Below, one piece after another: positions 30,472 through 40,724 of a DNA stretch of 64,000 nt (its first letter is position 1; every line of letters begins with the position of its first letter). Origin of the DNA: Cyanobacteriota bacterium (GTDB lineage Bacteria; Cyanobacteriota; Cyanobacteriia; PCC-6307; Cyanobiaceae); the NCBI GenBank assembly GCA_046052125.1, contig JBJOMY010000002.1:288001-352000 (forward strand). The letters are read 5' to 3'. A model generated the notes under the pieces. It was not told the DNA's origin and searched no databases. It worked only from the letters and a program-made list of their open reading frames with translations. The position numbers were made by a program, and so were the translations under genes.

Positions 30472-31823
30472 CAGAGCTTCACGCGACGGGCCAGATCAGA
30501 GCTGAACACACCCCGTGGATCGAGCAGAGCCCGCTGCTGGCGCCAGGCATCGAGGCGTGGATAGCTGCGCTCGAGCATGGTTGCAGATTGGCGCGAGTCC
30601 TTCGCCAGGTAGAGCCGCCCGCCGGCTCCCGCCACCTGCTCATCCAGCTGATCGAGCAGCTCGAACAGGCCGGGCACGGCGGCAGACACATCGGCCGCCA
30701 GTGTCCAGCCCGGCATAGGGAAGGAGAGGGGGCCCGGGTTGCCCGGCCCGAAGCGTTTGAGCACCGTGAGGAAGCTGGGGGCGCCGATGCGGCGCAGGGC
30801 CTCCAGGGTGGTGCGCACCAGATGGGCCGCGGCGTCGGGCACGGCGAACTGGTATTGCAGGAAGCCGGCCGGACCGTAGATGCGGTTCCAGTTGCTCACC
30901 CCATCGAGGGGGTGGAAATAGGGGCTAATGGCTTGCAGTTCGCCCTCGCGCTGCTTGGGCGCCTTGCGATACCAGGCTTCGTTGAAGGCCCGCACCGTCC
31001 AGGTGTTGAGCAGGCCTCCGGGCAGCAAGGAGGGCGCACCGGCCAGGGCTTTGGGGTCGTAGTGGAGGGGGTCGGCCTCGCTGACCTGCTCGCGGCTGGC
31101 GTGATCGCCGCAGGTGAGCACACCGCGGCCGGCCGGGTTGAGACTGTCCACCCAGGCCACGCTGTAGCGGTAGCGGGCATCGGCCTCCACCATCGCCGCC
31201 ATCAGGGCATCGAGCTCGCGGAAGCGGGTGGTGTCCACGCTGATCAGCGAGCTGCTGATCGGGATCAGGCGGAAGCAGGCCTCCACGATCACGCCGGTGA
31301 GGCCCATGCCGCCGGCGGTGGCCCAGAAGGCTTCCGCAGTGGCCGGGTCGCTGGGGCTGAGCTGGCGCAGCTGGCCGCTGCCATCCACCAGCTTGAGCCA
31401 ATGCACGTGGTTGGCAAAGCTGCCTTCACCGTGGTGGTTCTTGCCGTGCACATCGGCGGCGATCGCCCCGCCGATTGTCACATTGCGGGTGCCGGGGGTG
31501 ACGGGCAGAAAGAAGCCCGCCGGCACGATCACCCGCAGCACGGCATCGAGGCTGGCGCCGGCACCGCAGGTGGCGTAGCCGCTGGCGGCATCGAGCTGGA
31601 TGTGATCGAGCCCGGTGAGCTCCAGCACCGTGCCACCGGCGCACTGGGCCGGGTTGCCATAGGCGCGGCCGAGGCCGCGGGCGATCAGGCTGGCGGGGCT
31701 GGCGGCCGCCACAACGGTCTGAATCTGCTCAACGGCCGTGGGCTGGCAGAGCTCGGCGGTGCTGGGATCGGTACGGCCCCAGCCGGTGAGAGTGGTGCTG
31801 TTGCCGCTGAGGGTCGTCGTCAT
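30471..31823 (-). CDS. DprE1-like polyprenyl-phosphoribose 2'-oxidase
   Basis: GWGRT, RGLGRAYG, PVTPGT, DVHGKNHH, GFLQYQF, RLYLAKDSR. Confidence 0.88.
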   Translation of the reverse strand: MTTTLSGNSTTLTGWGRTDPSTAELCQPTAVEQIQTVVAAASPASLIARGLGRAYGNPAQCAGGTVLELTGLDHIQLDAASGYATCGAGASLDAVLRVIVPAGFFLPVTPGTRNVTIGGAIAADVHGKNHHGEGSFANHVHWLKLVDGSGQLRQLSPSDPATAEAFWATAGGMGLTGVIVEACFRLIPISSSLISVDTTRFRELDALMAAMVEADARYRYSVAWVDSLNPAGRGVLTCGDHASREQVSEADPLHYDPKALAGAPSLLPGGLLNTWTVRAFNEAWYRKAPKQREGELQAISPYFHPLDGVSNWNRIYGPAGFLQYQFAVPDAAAHLVRTTLEALRRIGAPSFLTVLKRFGPGNPGPLSFPMPGWTLAADVSAAVPGLFELLDQLDEQVAGAGGRLYLAKDSRQSATMLERSYPRLDAWRQQRALLDPRGVFSSDLARRVKL

Positions 31824-31827
31824 GGCG

Positions 31828-32565
31828 TCAGAGCTTGGCGGCAAGACGGGCCGGCAGGCGTCGCACCACCGCCATCAGCGGCCGCCACCACCAGGGGATC
31901 GTTTCGATGCCGCGGCGGAAGGGTTTGCGCAGGAGATCGCGGGCGATCTGTTCGGGTTGGGCACAGAGCAGGGGCGGCGCCTTGCCATCGGTCATCGGGC
32001 TGGCAATGAAGCCCGCCTTAAGGATGCGCACGGCGAAGGGGGTGCCGTGGCAGCGCAGCAGCAGTCCCTCGCAGAAGCGCAGTAGGCCCGCTTTGGCGGC
32101 GCCGTAGTGATAGTTGGAGGGGCGGCCGCGATCGGCTGCCACGGAAGAGAACACCCAGAGGGCGCCCGGCTGCTGAATTCGTTCGGGTGACACGATCGCC
32201 GTGAGCCAGGGGATCAGGCCGGTGAAGTTGGCCTGGGTAATCGCCTGGGCTTCAGCGGCATCGTTGCGGGCTAGCTCAGCATCGCCGAGGCTGCCGGCGG
32301 CCACCAAGTAAAGGTCGAAGACCTCGCTAAAATGGGGATGTCGGGGTTGTGGTGCGAGCAGATCCACGGCTGCGCAGCTCACCTCTGCGCCGAAGCGCTC
32401 GCGCAGCTCACTCACTAGAGCCAGGTTGCGCTCGAGATTTCGGGCCAGAAGGTGGAAGCGGCGGCAGCCGCGCTCGGCCAGGCCGCGGCAGATGGCGATG
32501 GCCACTGTGCTGGTGCTGCCGAGCACCCAGGCGGAGCGGATGGTTGGGCCTGTTGTTTTTGTCAT
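31828..32565 (-). CDS. DprE2-like short-chain reductase
   Basis: LGSTSTVA, SSVAADRGRPSNYHYGAAKAG; adjacent to the DprE1-like gene. Confidence 0.82.
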   Translation of the reverse strand: MTKTTGPTIRSAWVLGSTSTVAIAICRGLAERGCRRFHLLARNLERNLALVSELRERFGAEVSCAAVDLLAPQPRHPHFSEVFDLYLVAAGSLGDAELARNDAAEAQAITQANFTGLIPWLTAIVSPERIQQPGALWVFSSVAADRGRPSNYHYGAAKAGLLRFCEGLLLRCHGTPFAVRILKAGFIASPMTDGKAPPLLCAQPEQIARDLLRKPFRRGIETIPWWWRPLMAVVRRLPARLAAKL

Positions 32566-33497
32566 GCCAGCCATCCCATGCGGTGGCCCATGCCTACCAT
32601 GATTGCGGTAGTGAGCCAGCCCAGCAGGGTGAGTTGAATTCCGCGGTCGCCCAGGAGGATCTCCTCCGGTTTCTCGCAGTTGCGATCGGGGTAGCGGGTG
32701 GAACGGCGCTCGGTTTCTTCTGGATCGCTGAGCAGCTGGTAGCGGAAGATCCCCACGATCACGAAGGGCACAGTTAGCAGCATCCAGCTGGTGGAGGCGC
32801 CGCGCAGGGTTGGCCCAGCGCTCCAGAGGGCGTAGGCCATGAAGGCACTGCTGGCCACCAGCGATTCCAGCCGCTGCAGCAGCGGTAGTGAGTAGCGCAG
32901 CAGCACCTGGCGGGTGACCACGCCCCGATCCAGGGAGATGCGCAGCTCAGCTTTGCGTTTCTCCACCGCCAGGAACAGCGCCAGCAGGCCGATGGTGAGC
33001 AGAAACCAGGGAGAGGCCCCCAGCCCTGTGGCCACAAGGCCAGCCAGGGCCCGCAGCAGAAAGCCGGAGGCGATGCAGAACAGATCCAGTAGGGGCTGGC
33101 GCTTGAGCCCCAGGCAGTAGGCGATCTGAATCACGGCGTAGCCGGCGATTACGGCTGCAAGGCCGGGGGTCACGGCCGCGGCAATCAGCAGGCTGATGAT
33201 CGTGATCAGTGCTGCGGCCTCCAGAGCGATAGGCACCCGCAGGGCTCCGGAGGCGATCGGGCGGCGGCATTTGCTCGGGTGGGCGCGATCGGCCTCGCGA
33301 TCGATCACGTCGTTGAGCAGATAAACCGCGCTGGAGATCAGGCAGAAGGCAACTAAAGCTTTAGTGGAGCTCCACCAGATCTGCGGTGTGAGCTGGAAGG
33401 AAAACAAGGCCGAGGCATACACCAGCAGGTTCTTGGTCCACTGGCGGGGCCGGCAGGCGGCGATCAGGGCTTGGATCAAAGCGTTGTGATCAACCAT
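32562..33497 (-). CDS. Polyprenyl-phosphate phosphoribosyltransferase (UbiA family, DPPR synthase-like)
   Basis: RPRQWTKNLL, YLLNDVIDREADRAHPSKCRRPIASG, KRKAEL, EKPEEILL. Confidence 0.88.
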   Translation of the reverse strand: MVDHNALIQALIAACRPRQWTKNLLVYASALFSFQLTPQIWWSSTKALVAFCLISSAVYLLNDVIDREADRAHPSKCRRPIASGALRVPIALEAAALITIISLLIAAAVTPGLAAVIAGYAVIQIAYCLGLKRQPLLDLFCIASGFLLRALAGLVATGLGASPWFLLTIGLLALFLAVEKRKAELRISLDRGVVTRQVLLRYSLPLLQRLESLVASSAFMAYALWSAGPTLRGASTSWMLLTVPFVIVGIFRYQLLSDPEETERRSTRYPDRNCEKPEEILLGDRGIQLTLLGWLTTAIMVGMGHRMGWLA

Positions 33498-35157
33498 TGG
33501 AGGGCCGATTTTCCCATATGTCCACCGACCGAAACGGTGTGCCAATCCGCACGTTTTGAAGTGGTCTTCCCTCCAGGGCGAGGGGGAATGAAGCGTCGAA
33601 ACCTAAGCTTACCCTTTTTAATTTGTAGGCATGCATTACATCTGATCTGTTTTTGTTGACTGGTGAAGCGAGTTGCGGAGAAATCCCATAGTTGGCTATT
33701 ATGTAGAGCCGCTCTCTGGGGTTGCTTTGCTCGAAAGCCCACCCGCGAAGCCTCAGGGAATTAGAGCCTAGTGTTTCATCGTCGATTACATGAAGGATTG
33801 CGCCCGCTCCTCGTGGTTCTTTTGAGGTTTGTAATTCGTGATGCCATCCAATAGGTTTAACGTCTAAAGCACCCTTGAAATATTGATCAACGTAGTTCTT
33901 GTTTGGAAAGATCTTCTGGCAATGTTCGATAAGACGAATTTCCTTCTGCTTAAGTAAGTTCTGTTGGGCATTGCAGGCAAAACTTTCTCGGTGCTGCTCA
34001 GCGAAGTCCTGAGCTTCAGCCCAAGCCCCCGAATAACTCAGGCTACCAGACTGAAAAGCCTGCGGGAAGGATCCCAAAGTGGCTAATAAAACGAGGAACC
34101 CACCTAGTAAGGGTGCATTCCTTCTTCGGATCTGGTCATCAATCAATGCTAGAGCCAGCAAAGCTGAAAGCCCCAGCATCAAGCTGTGGCTTACATATCG
34201 CGACGAGTTTGCTTGCTCTAGCCCGAATCCCGCTCGCGAGAGGGTGATCATCCCAGCGAAGAGAAGGCTGAACAGGCCGGGCATCAGCACCGATGGCCAG
34301 TGCTCTCTGGCGATGGTTTGACGACGGCCAAGCAGCACAGCTGCGATTACCACACACAGCACGGCGAGCCCTTGCCAGGGCCCCCCTAAGCTGGCTTTCA
34401 GGAAGTAGCCGAGCTGGAAGGTCAGTTCCGGATGTTGCGAAGGTTTGGCGTAGTGCAATAACCCATAGAACGTGATACCTGCCAACCCAGTGGAGATGCT
34501 CACCAAGATCCCGAGGCGGCGGCTGTGCAGCCAGCTGCAGCCTGCAAATGCTAGTGATACAGCTAATCCTTGCCCGGAGCTGCTCAGAGCGATCCAGGGC
34601 AGCAGCAGGGCACAAACGTTTTGGAGCCTGGTGGCTGTCGAGGCGCGCCCTGAGGATTGAACATTCAGAAGTAAGGCGCAGGCAAGCACTAAGGCATTAA
34701 TCAGAAACCAGGGCGTTTGGAATTCCCAGCTCAGGTTTTCGTATTGCCAGGGATTGAGTAGAATCAGCCAGCCAGCCAGGGCGGTGATCAGCCGTAGATC
34801 GAGTCGATGTAGTAGGCGATGACATAGCCAGCACCACAAACCGGCGCAGCCCAGGATCAGAGCCAGGTTCTGAAACAGGGCGCTCTGGCCTGGCGGGATC
34901 TTCAGCACTTCGGTTTCAACCATGCTGGCCGCCTTGGCCCACACGATGCGGTGTTCGTTGTGTTGGGCTGTGAGCCAACCCAGCAAACCCTGCGCACCAT
35001 CGCGTTGCACGAAGGCGAAGCTGTCGCCATAGAGATGTGGCTCCTGCCATTGGGCGAGGGCCAGGTTGAAGATTGCCAGCGAACCATGCAGGATTCCTGC
35101 AAGTAGCAGCCCAGCTATAATTAGGGTAGCTGGTTGTTGAGCAAGTTGTCTTCTCAA
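33490..35157 (-). CDS. Polytopic membrane protein, probable second GT-C glycosyltransferase
   Basis: Many TMs; QHNEHRI, WQYENLSWEFQ, SSRY; soluble lower-GC C-terminal domain; heads the cassette. Confidence 0.55.
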   Translation of the reverse strand: MRRQLAQQPATLIIAGLLLAGILHGSLAIFNLALAQWQEPHLYGDSFAFVQRDGAQGLLGWLTAQHNEHRIVWAKAASMVETEVLKIPPGQSALFQNLALILGCAGLWCWLCHRLLHRLDLRLITALAGWLILLNPWQYENLSWEFQTPWFLINALVLACALLLNVQSSGRASTATRLQNVCALLLPWIALSSSGQGLAVSLAFAGCSWLHSRRLGILVSISTGLAGITFYGLLHYAKPSQHPELTFQLGYFLKASLGGPWQGLAVLCVVIAAVLLGRRQTIAREHWPSVLMPGLFSLLFAGMITLSRAGFGLEQANSSRYVSHSLMLGLSALLALALIDDQIRRRNAPLLGGFLVLLATLGSFPQAFQSGSLSYSGAWAEAQDFAEQHRESFACNAQQNLLKQKEIRLIEHCQKIFPNKNYVDQYFKGALDVKPIGWHHELQTSKEPRGAGAILHVIDDETLGSNSLRLRGWAFEQSNPRERLYIIANYGISPQLASPVNKNRSDVMHAYKLKRVSLGFDASFPLALEGRPLQNVRIGTPFRSVDIWENRPSNG

Positions 35158-35344
35158 GTTTGCACGAAAGCGATGGAACGATTTGGGAGTCGGGCGCTTC
35201 GGTGGAAACTATTGCCTCGGGAAGCGCTGGGACCCTTGTGTCCTCCAGATATCTTTGTAGTGAGTGCACACATGAATGGTGCGGTTGCTTGATCGGACTG
35301 CGCGGAAGCACCGATTAAGCTAAACACACATGGGGGGCTTGGCC

Positions 35345-36445
35345 ATGCAGGATCTCTTGCCACGTGGCACCGCTCGAGTATTGGTTACTGGCGGTGCCGG
35401 CTTCATCGGTGGAGCGGTGGTACGCCGCCTTCTGGCCGACTCTTCGGCACGGGTGTTCAACCTCGACAAGCTTGGCTACGCCAGCGATCTCACCAGTCTT
35501 GGTGAGCATCCCCGCCACACCTTCCTACAGGTGGATCTGGCCGATCCCCGCACCACAGCAGCGGCGGTAGCGAAGGCCGATCCCGATCTCGTGATGCACC
35601 TCGCAGCCGAGAGCCACGTGGATCGCTCTATTGATGGGCCTGGCGCCTTCATTGAGAGCAATGTGAGCGGCACCTTCAACCTGCTGCAGGCGGTGCGCTC
35701 CCACTGGGAGCAGCTGCCGGCCGAGCGGCGCGAGCGCTTCCGCTTCCATCACATCAGCACCGATGAGGTGTTCGGCTCCCTGGGTCCTTCTGGGCGGTTC
35801 TCGGAAACCACCCCATACGACCCTCGCTCGCCCTATTCGGCCAGCAAGGCAGCAAGTGACCATTTGGTGAGCGCCTGGCACCACACCTATGGCCTGCCGG
35901 TGGTGCTCACCAACTGCTCCAACAACTACGGCCCCTGGCAGTTCCCCGAGAAGCTGATCCCGGTGGTGATCCTCAAGGCCGTGGCCGGCGAGCCGATCCC
36001 GCTCTACGGCGATGGCGCCAACGTGCGCGACTGGCTCTACGTGGAAGACCATGTGGAGGCCCTGCTGCTGGCGGCCACTCGCGGGCGTCTGGGCGAGAGC
36101 TACTGCGTGGGTGGCGCCGGTGATCACGGCAGCCCCAGCGAGCGCACCAACCGTGATGTTGTGGAAACGATTTGTGCCCTGATGGATCAGTTACGGCCCG
36201 AGGGTGCTCCCCATATCCGCCTGATCACTCGTGTGAGCGATCGGCCTGGTCACGATCGTCGTTATGCAATCGACGCTTCAAAAATCACCACTGAGTTGGG
36301 CTGGAAGCCGCGCCACAGCTTTGAGCAGGGTCTGGAGGCCACGGTGCGCTGGTATCTCGACCATCTCGAATGGTGTGAGGCGGTGCGTGATCGGGCCGGC
36401 TACCGCGGTGATCGGATTGGCTTGACTAGTCCCTCTGCCGCTTGA
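35345..36445 (+). CDS. rfbB: dTDP-glucose 4,6-dehydratase
   Basis: TGGAGFIG, AAESHVDRS, STDEV, YSASK, RPGHDRRY. Confidence 0.96.
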   Translation: MQDLLPRGTARVLVTGGAGFIGGAVVRRLLADSSARVFNLDKLGYASDLTSLGEHPRHTFLQVDLADPRTTAAAVAKADPDLVMHLAAESHVDRSIDGPGAFIESNVSGTFNLLQAVRSHWEQLPAERRERFRFHHISTDEVFGSLGPSGRFSETTPYDPRSPYSASKAASDHLVSAWHHTYGLPVVLTNCSNNYGPWQFPEKLIPVVILKAVAGEPIPLYGDGANVRDWLYVEDHVEALLLAATRGRLGESYCVGGAGDHGSPSERTNRDVVETICALMDQLRPEGAPHIRLITRVSDRPGHDRRYAIDASKITTELGWKPRHSFEQGLEATVRWYLDHLEWCEAVRDRAGYRGDRIGLTSPSAA

Positions 36446-37311
36446 GCTTGAATACACACGCTGTTGTGATACCTCTCTATGGAGAGGCGCCCCGTGATCT
36501 GGAGGATTGGGTGCAGGCCCTGCAACATGCGGGATTGAAAGTGGTGCTGGTACAGAACAATTCCGGCCATCTGTCGGCCTTGCCTGCCGCGCTGCAGCGA
36601 CCCAACCAGCGACTGCGCCTCATCGACAACCAAAATGTTGGCGGCGTGGCCGGCGGCTTCAACCGCGGCGTTGATGCGGCCATTGCTGGCGGCGCTGAAT
36701 GGATCACGCTGCTCGACCAGGACAGCCGGCTTCTTCCAGAGGATTTGCATAGGCTGCGGGAGCCATGGGTCGGGTTGACTCAGCCGGCCTTGCTGGTGGG
36801 GCCGCTGATCTGGGATGGCCTGCGAGAGCGCCTCCACGCCATGGTGAGTGCTATCAAACTGCAGGGCTATCTGCACACGCGCTTGCTGATCAGTTCCGGC
36901 ACCACCTTCCGCGCGGCCGACTGGCCCCGGCTGGGACCGATGGCTGAATGGTTGGTTGTGGATTTCGTGGACTACATCTGGTGTTTCCGCGCTCAGGCCA
37001 GGCAAGGCTTCCGCCTGATGCAGCACCCGGAGGTGCGGCTGGTGCAGCGATTTGGGCGCTCGCACCCCAACCGTCTGTGCCGTTGGTTGGGGATGGAGCT
37101 CTACACGCCAAGCCGGCACTTCTACCAGTTGCGCAACCTGCGTTGGCTGCTGGAGCAAGCCGAGGTGCCGCTGAATTTGCGCTGTAAGGAACTGCTCAAG
37201 ATGCTGCTCAAACCTTGGCTTTGGTTACTCTGTGAGCCCAGGCGCCGCGAAAATTTTGCCGCGATCCTGGCGGCTTTGCGTGCTCCGTTACCAGGTGTCG
37301 GCTCCTTCTGA
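36442..37311 (+). CDS. GT2 glycosyltransferase (rhamnosyltransferase-like)
   Basis: NVGGVAGGFNRG, LLDQDS, LISSG, YQLRN. Confidence 0.8.
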   Translation: MSLNTHAVVIPLYGEAPRDLEDWVQALQHAGLKVVLVQNNSGHLSALPAALQRPNQRLRLIDNQNVGGVAGGFNRGVDAAIAGGAEWITLLDQDSRLLPEDLHRLREPWVGLTQPALLVGPLIWDGLRERLHAMVSAIKLQGYLHTRLLISSGTTFRAADWPRLGPMAEWLVVDFVDYIWCFRAQARQGFRLMQHPEVRLVQRFGRSHPNRLCRWLGMELYTPSRHFYQLRNLRWLLEQAEVPLNLRCKELLKMLLKPWLWLLCEPRRRENFAAILAALRAPLPGVGSF

Positions 37312-38159
37312 TGGTTCAGAATTCGCCATATTCAGCTTTGATGCCGCTGGCGCCTTGGGAAGCGCCTGCGATCGTGGCAGAAGCGCTTGAGAGCCTGCGG
37401 CAACAGACGCTTTCTCCGCAGCAGGTGGTGGTGAGTTGTGATGGCACCCCGCCTCCGCCACTGCGCTGCTGCCTCGAGGCCTCTGGCTTGCCGATTGAGG
37501 TGTTGTTAGGGCCGGGCTCTGAAGGTGTGGGTCCTGTGCTCGCCCGGGGTTTACTGCACTGCCGCGAGGAGCTGGTTCTGCGTGTTGATGCTGATGACCT
37601 TTCTCTTCCGGAGCGGGCGGCCCGACAGGTGAGCTGGATGGAGAAGCACCCGGAGGTGCTGGTTATGAGCACAGCGATAAGCGAATTCAGGAATAGACTT
37701 GACCAGCCCCTGCTCCAACGGTGGGTGCCATTAGGTCCGGAGGAGGTCCGCCGGGTGGCGCGGTGGCGCAATCCTCTCAATCACCCATCAGTGGTTTTGC
37801 GTCGAAGTGCCGTGCTTGGTGTAGGTAATTACCGCTCAATTCCCGGCTTTGAAGACTATGAGCTCTGGCTGCGACTGCTTCGTGATCATGGCCCTAGTGC
37901 GCTGGCTAATCTTCCCGAGGCTTTGGTGCTCGCTCGGGTAGGTGCGGCTCACTTGGGCCGCCGCCATGGGTGGCGCTATGCCCTCGCTGAGGTTCGCTTC
38001 TTGCTGCATTGCGGGCGCAGCGGATTATTGCCGGCCTGGAGTGTGATTCGCTCGTTGCTGGTGCGGGTTCCTTTGCGGCTTCTGCCGCAGAGTATTCTGA
38101 TGCGAGTCATGGAATCAGCTACGCGCTCCGCAGGTTCTCAGTCCAGAGGGAGCGTCTAA
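37311..38159 (+). CDS. GT2 glycosyltransferase (AmsE-like)
   Basis: RVDADD, NPLNHPSV, FEDYELW. Confidence 0.8.
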   Translation: MVQNSPYSALMPLAPWEAPAIVAEALESLRQQTLSPQQVVVSCDGTPPPPLRCCLEASGLPIEVLLGPGSEGVGPVLARGLLHCREELVLRVDADDLSLPERAARQVSWMEKHPEVLVMSTAISEFRNRLDQPLLQRWVPLGPEEVRRVARWRNPLNHPSVVLRRSAVLGVGNYRSIPGFEDYELWLRLLRDHGPSALANLPEALVLARVGAAHLGRRHGWRYALAEVRFLLHCGRSGLLPAWSVIRSLLVRVPLRLLPQSILMRVMESATRSAGSQSRGSV

Positions 38160-38181
38160 AGTTTCATATGGACTTTCGCTT

Positions 38182-40089
38182 ATGAGATTTACAACCTTAC
38201 TTCAACGTGTGAGCGTCTTTGTTGATGCGCTGAGTAGGAATCCTCGGAAATTGATGCTCGTGCCGAGGTACGTGCAGCGCATGTTGCGTGAGGGTCCGGA
38301 CGAAACGCTGCGGCGGCTTCGGCGGATCACCGATCCCAGGCGCTTCTCTGTGGATTATGAGGCGTGGCGAGCGGAGTTTGGCACCACCGCCGCTGAAAAA
38401 GCCGCCATGGCTGACTGGGCGCAGGCATTAGTAGATCCGCCAATCATTGCGGTGCTGATGCCGGTTTTCAACCCCAGGCCCGAATGGCTGCAGGCGGCGA
38501 TCGAATCGGTGCGCGCCCAGCTTTATCCCCATTGGCAGCTCTGCATCGCGGATGACTGCTCAACCGATCCGCGTATTCGTCCGCTGCTGGAGGCGGCCAT
38601 GGCCGCTGATTCGGGCATCCAGGTCGTGTTCCGCGAGCGCAACGGGCATATCTGCGCCAGTTCGAACAGCGCTCTGGAGCTGGTGCAGGCTCCCTGGTTG
38701 GCATTGCTCGATCACGACGATCTGCTGCCGGATGAAGCCCTCATCTGGGTCGCCAAGGCAATCACCGATCACCCAAAGGCAAAGCTCTTCTATTCAGACG
38801 AAGACAAGCTCAGCCCAGCCGGTGAGCTGTTTGATCCCTACTTCAAGGGCGATTGGAACCCCGTGCTAATGGAAGGCCAGAACACTTTCTCGCATCTGGG
38901 TGTGTACGCCACTGATCTGGTGCGCCAGGTGGGTGGGTTTCGCGAGGGCTTCGAGGGATCCCAGGATCATGATCTAGTGCTGCGCTGCAGCGAACAGCTC
39001 CGGCGCGAGCAGATCGTTCATATTCCGCGTGTTCTGTATCACTGGCGGGTGCACCCTGACAGCACCGCCGCTGGCACAAAGGCCAAGCCTTACACCCTAA
39101 AGGCTTCGATGCGCGCAATCGCGGAACATTTGCACCGCCGTCGATTCTGTCTGCAGCAGCCACCGAGTTGGAGCCCAGTGGGTTTCAAGGCCCAGCTTGA
39201 CTTGCCTGATCCGGCGCCCCGGGTAAGCGTGATCATTCCAACCCGCAACGGGCTGGAGGTGCTCAAGCCCTGTCTTACAAGCTTGCTGGGGATCACGCGC
39301 TATCCAGCACTGGAGGTGTTGGTGGTGGATAACGGCTCTGATGATTCCGCCACGTTGCAGTTCCTCACGGACCTGGAGGGGAAAGGCAAGATCCTGGTGT
39401 TGCACGATCCAAGCCCGTTCAACTACTCAGCCCTGAACAACCGGGCTGTTGAGCAGGCCACAGGTGAGTTGATCTGTTTGCTCAATAACGACATCGAGGT
39501 GATTGATGCCGGCTGGTTGGAGGAGATGGTGGTACAAGCCATGCGGCCTGGCGTGGGTGCCGTGGGTGCGCGACTGCTCTATCCCAATTCCACTATTCAG
39601 CATGGTGGCGTTCTCCTCGGTGTCGGCGGTGTGGCTAATCATGCCCATCTCGGCTTGCCAGGTGAACATCCGGGATACTTTGGACGCGCACAGCTCACCC
39701 AGGAGATGGCAGCCGTCACGGGTGCGTGCCTACTTGTGAGCCGAAGTAACTATTTTGCCGTGGGCGGACTCGATGCCGAAAATCTGAAGGTGGCCTTCAA
39801 TGATGTGGATTTCTGCCTGAAGCTGCGTGAGCAGGGTCTGCAGAACGTGTACGCACCTGCAGCCAAACTGATCCATCACGAGTCGGTGAGCCGCGGTCAG
39901 GATCTGAGCCCTCAGAAGGCGGCACGTTTTGCTGCTGAAGTGGCCTGGATGCAGCAACGTTGGGGTGAGCAGTTGCTCCATGATCCGGCTTACAATCCAA
40001 ATCTAAGTGTGGACAATCCTAACTTTTGCCTTGCATGGCCGCCGCGGCTGGAGCGATGGCAGCTTATTGAGTCAGCATGTGCAAGCTGA
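38182..40089 (+). CDS. Two-domain GT2 glycosyltransferase, likely O-polysaccharide polymerase
   Basis: Two GT2 modules: LDHDD/GSQDHDL and LNNDIE/AVTGACL/FNDVD; DPAYNPNL. Confidence 0.85.
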   Translation: MRFTTLLQRVSVFVDALSRNPRKLMLVPRYVQRMLREGPDETLRRLRRITDPRRFSVDYEAWRAEFGTTAAEKAAMADWAQALVDPPIIAVLMPVFNPRPEWLQAAIESVRAQLYPHWQLCIADDCSTDPRIRPLLEAAMAADSGIQVVFRERNGHICASSNSALELVQAPWLALLDHDDLLPDEALIWVAKAITDHPKAKLFYSDEDKLSPAGELFDPYFKGDWNPVLMEGQNTFSHLGVYATDLVRQVGGFREGFEGSQDHDLVLRCSEQLRREQIVHIPRVLYHWRVHPDSTAAGTKAKPYTLKASMRAIAEHLHRRRFCLQQPPSWSPVGFKAQLDLPDPAPRVSVIIPTRNGLEVLKPCLTSLLGITRYPALEVLVVDNGSDDSATLQFLTDLEGKGKILVLHDPSPFNYSALNNRAVEQATGELICLLNNDIEVIDAGWLEEMVVQAMRPGVGAVGARLLYPNSTIQHGGVLLGVGGVANHAHLGLPGEHPGYFGRAQLTQEMAAVTGACLLVSRSNYFAVGGLDAENLKVAFNDVDFCLKLREQGLQNVYAPAAKLIHHESVSRGQDLSPQKAARFAAEVAWMQQRWGEQLLHDPAYNPNLSVDNPNFCLAWPPRLERWQLIESACAS

Positions 40090-40724
40090 TGCTCTTACCC
40101 CACCACACAAGGAATAGCCTAACGCTAGTTGTTGTCTTTCACCACGTTGTTCAGTAGCCAATGAGGTGTGAGGTCGCTACCGGTTAACGGGGCACCGCCC
40201 AACACAGAGCTCATGCCCCATGCATACACATGCCCGTCTGAGGCAGTAGATCACCATATTATTTGACTGTCCCATCTTAGACCCTGCTGGTGGAGTGGGC
40301 GTATTCGATAACCTTTGAGACCTCAAACGAGCTACACAACTGGCTACCGAGTTACTAGGAATCTATAATGGTCGCTGTGTCATATGGCTCTCGATGGCTG
40401 TACCCCTATGCAGCTCCGTGGACTGTTGCGGATTTCTGAATGACTTGGTGAGAAAACACACTTAATCCATAGAAGGTCGCAACGTGATGATCGGGCATGC
40501 CTTCAACCGAGCCCCCGGATTTGCAGATGTTGTCTTTGGTGCGATCTTTCGGGTGCTCTGCTCAATGCCATCGAGAAACTCTTCGAGGCCGACTGTATTC
40601 TTTGTGCCCTCCACTCTGATCCGAAATCCTGATCGGGTGATCATTATCTGGGAGTAGAGCCCGCGGACTGATTGATGTGCGAACATGGGCTCTAAAGGCC
40701 ATGCATCAGTCATTGCTCGACTCG

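Noticed and set aside
40403..40443. Partial dyad match ending GGATTTCTGAATGA
   Set aside because: Only the right arm matches; the core needs indels.
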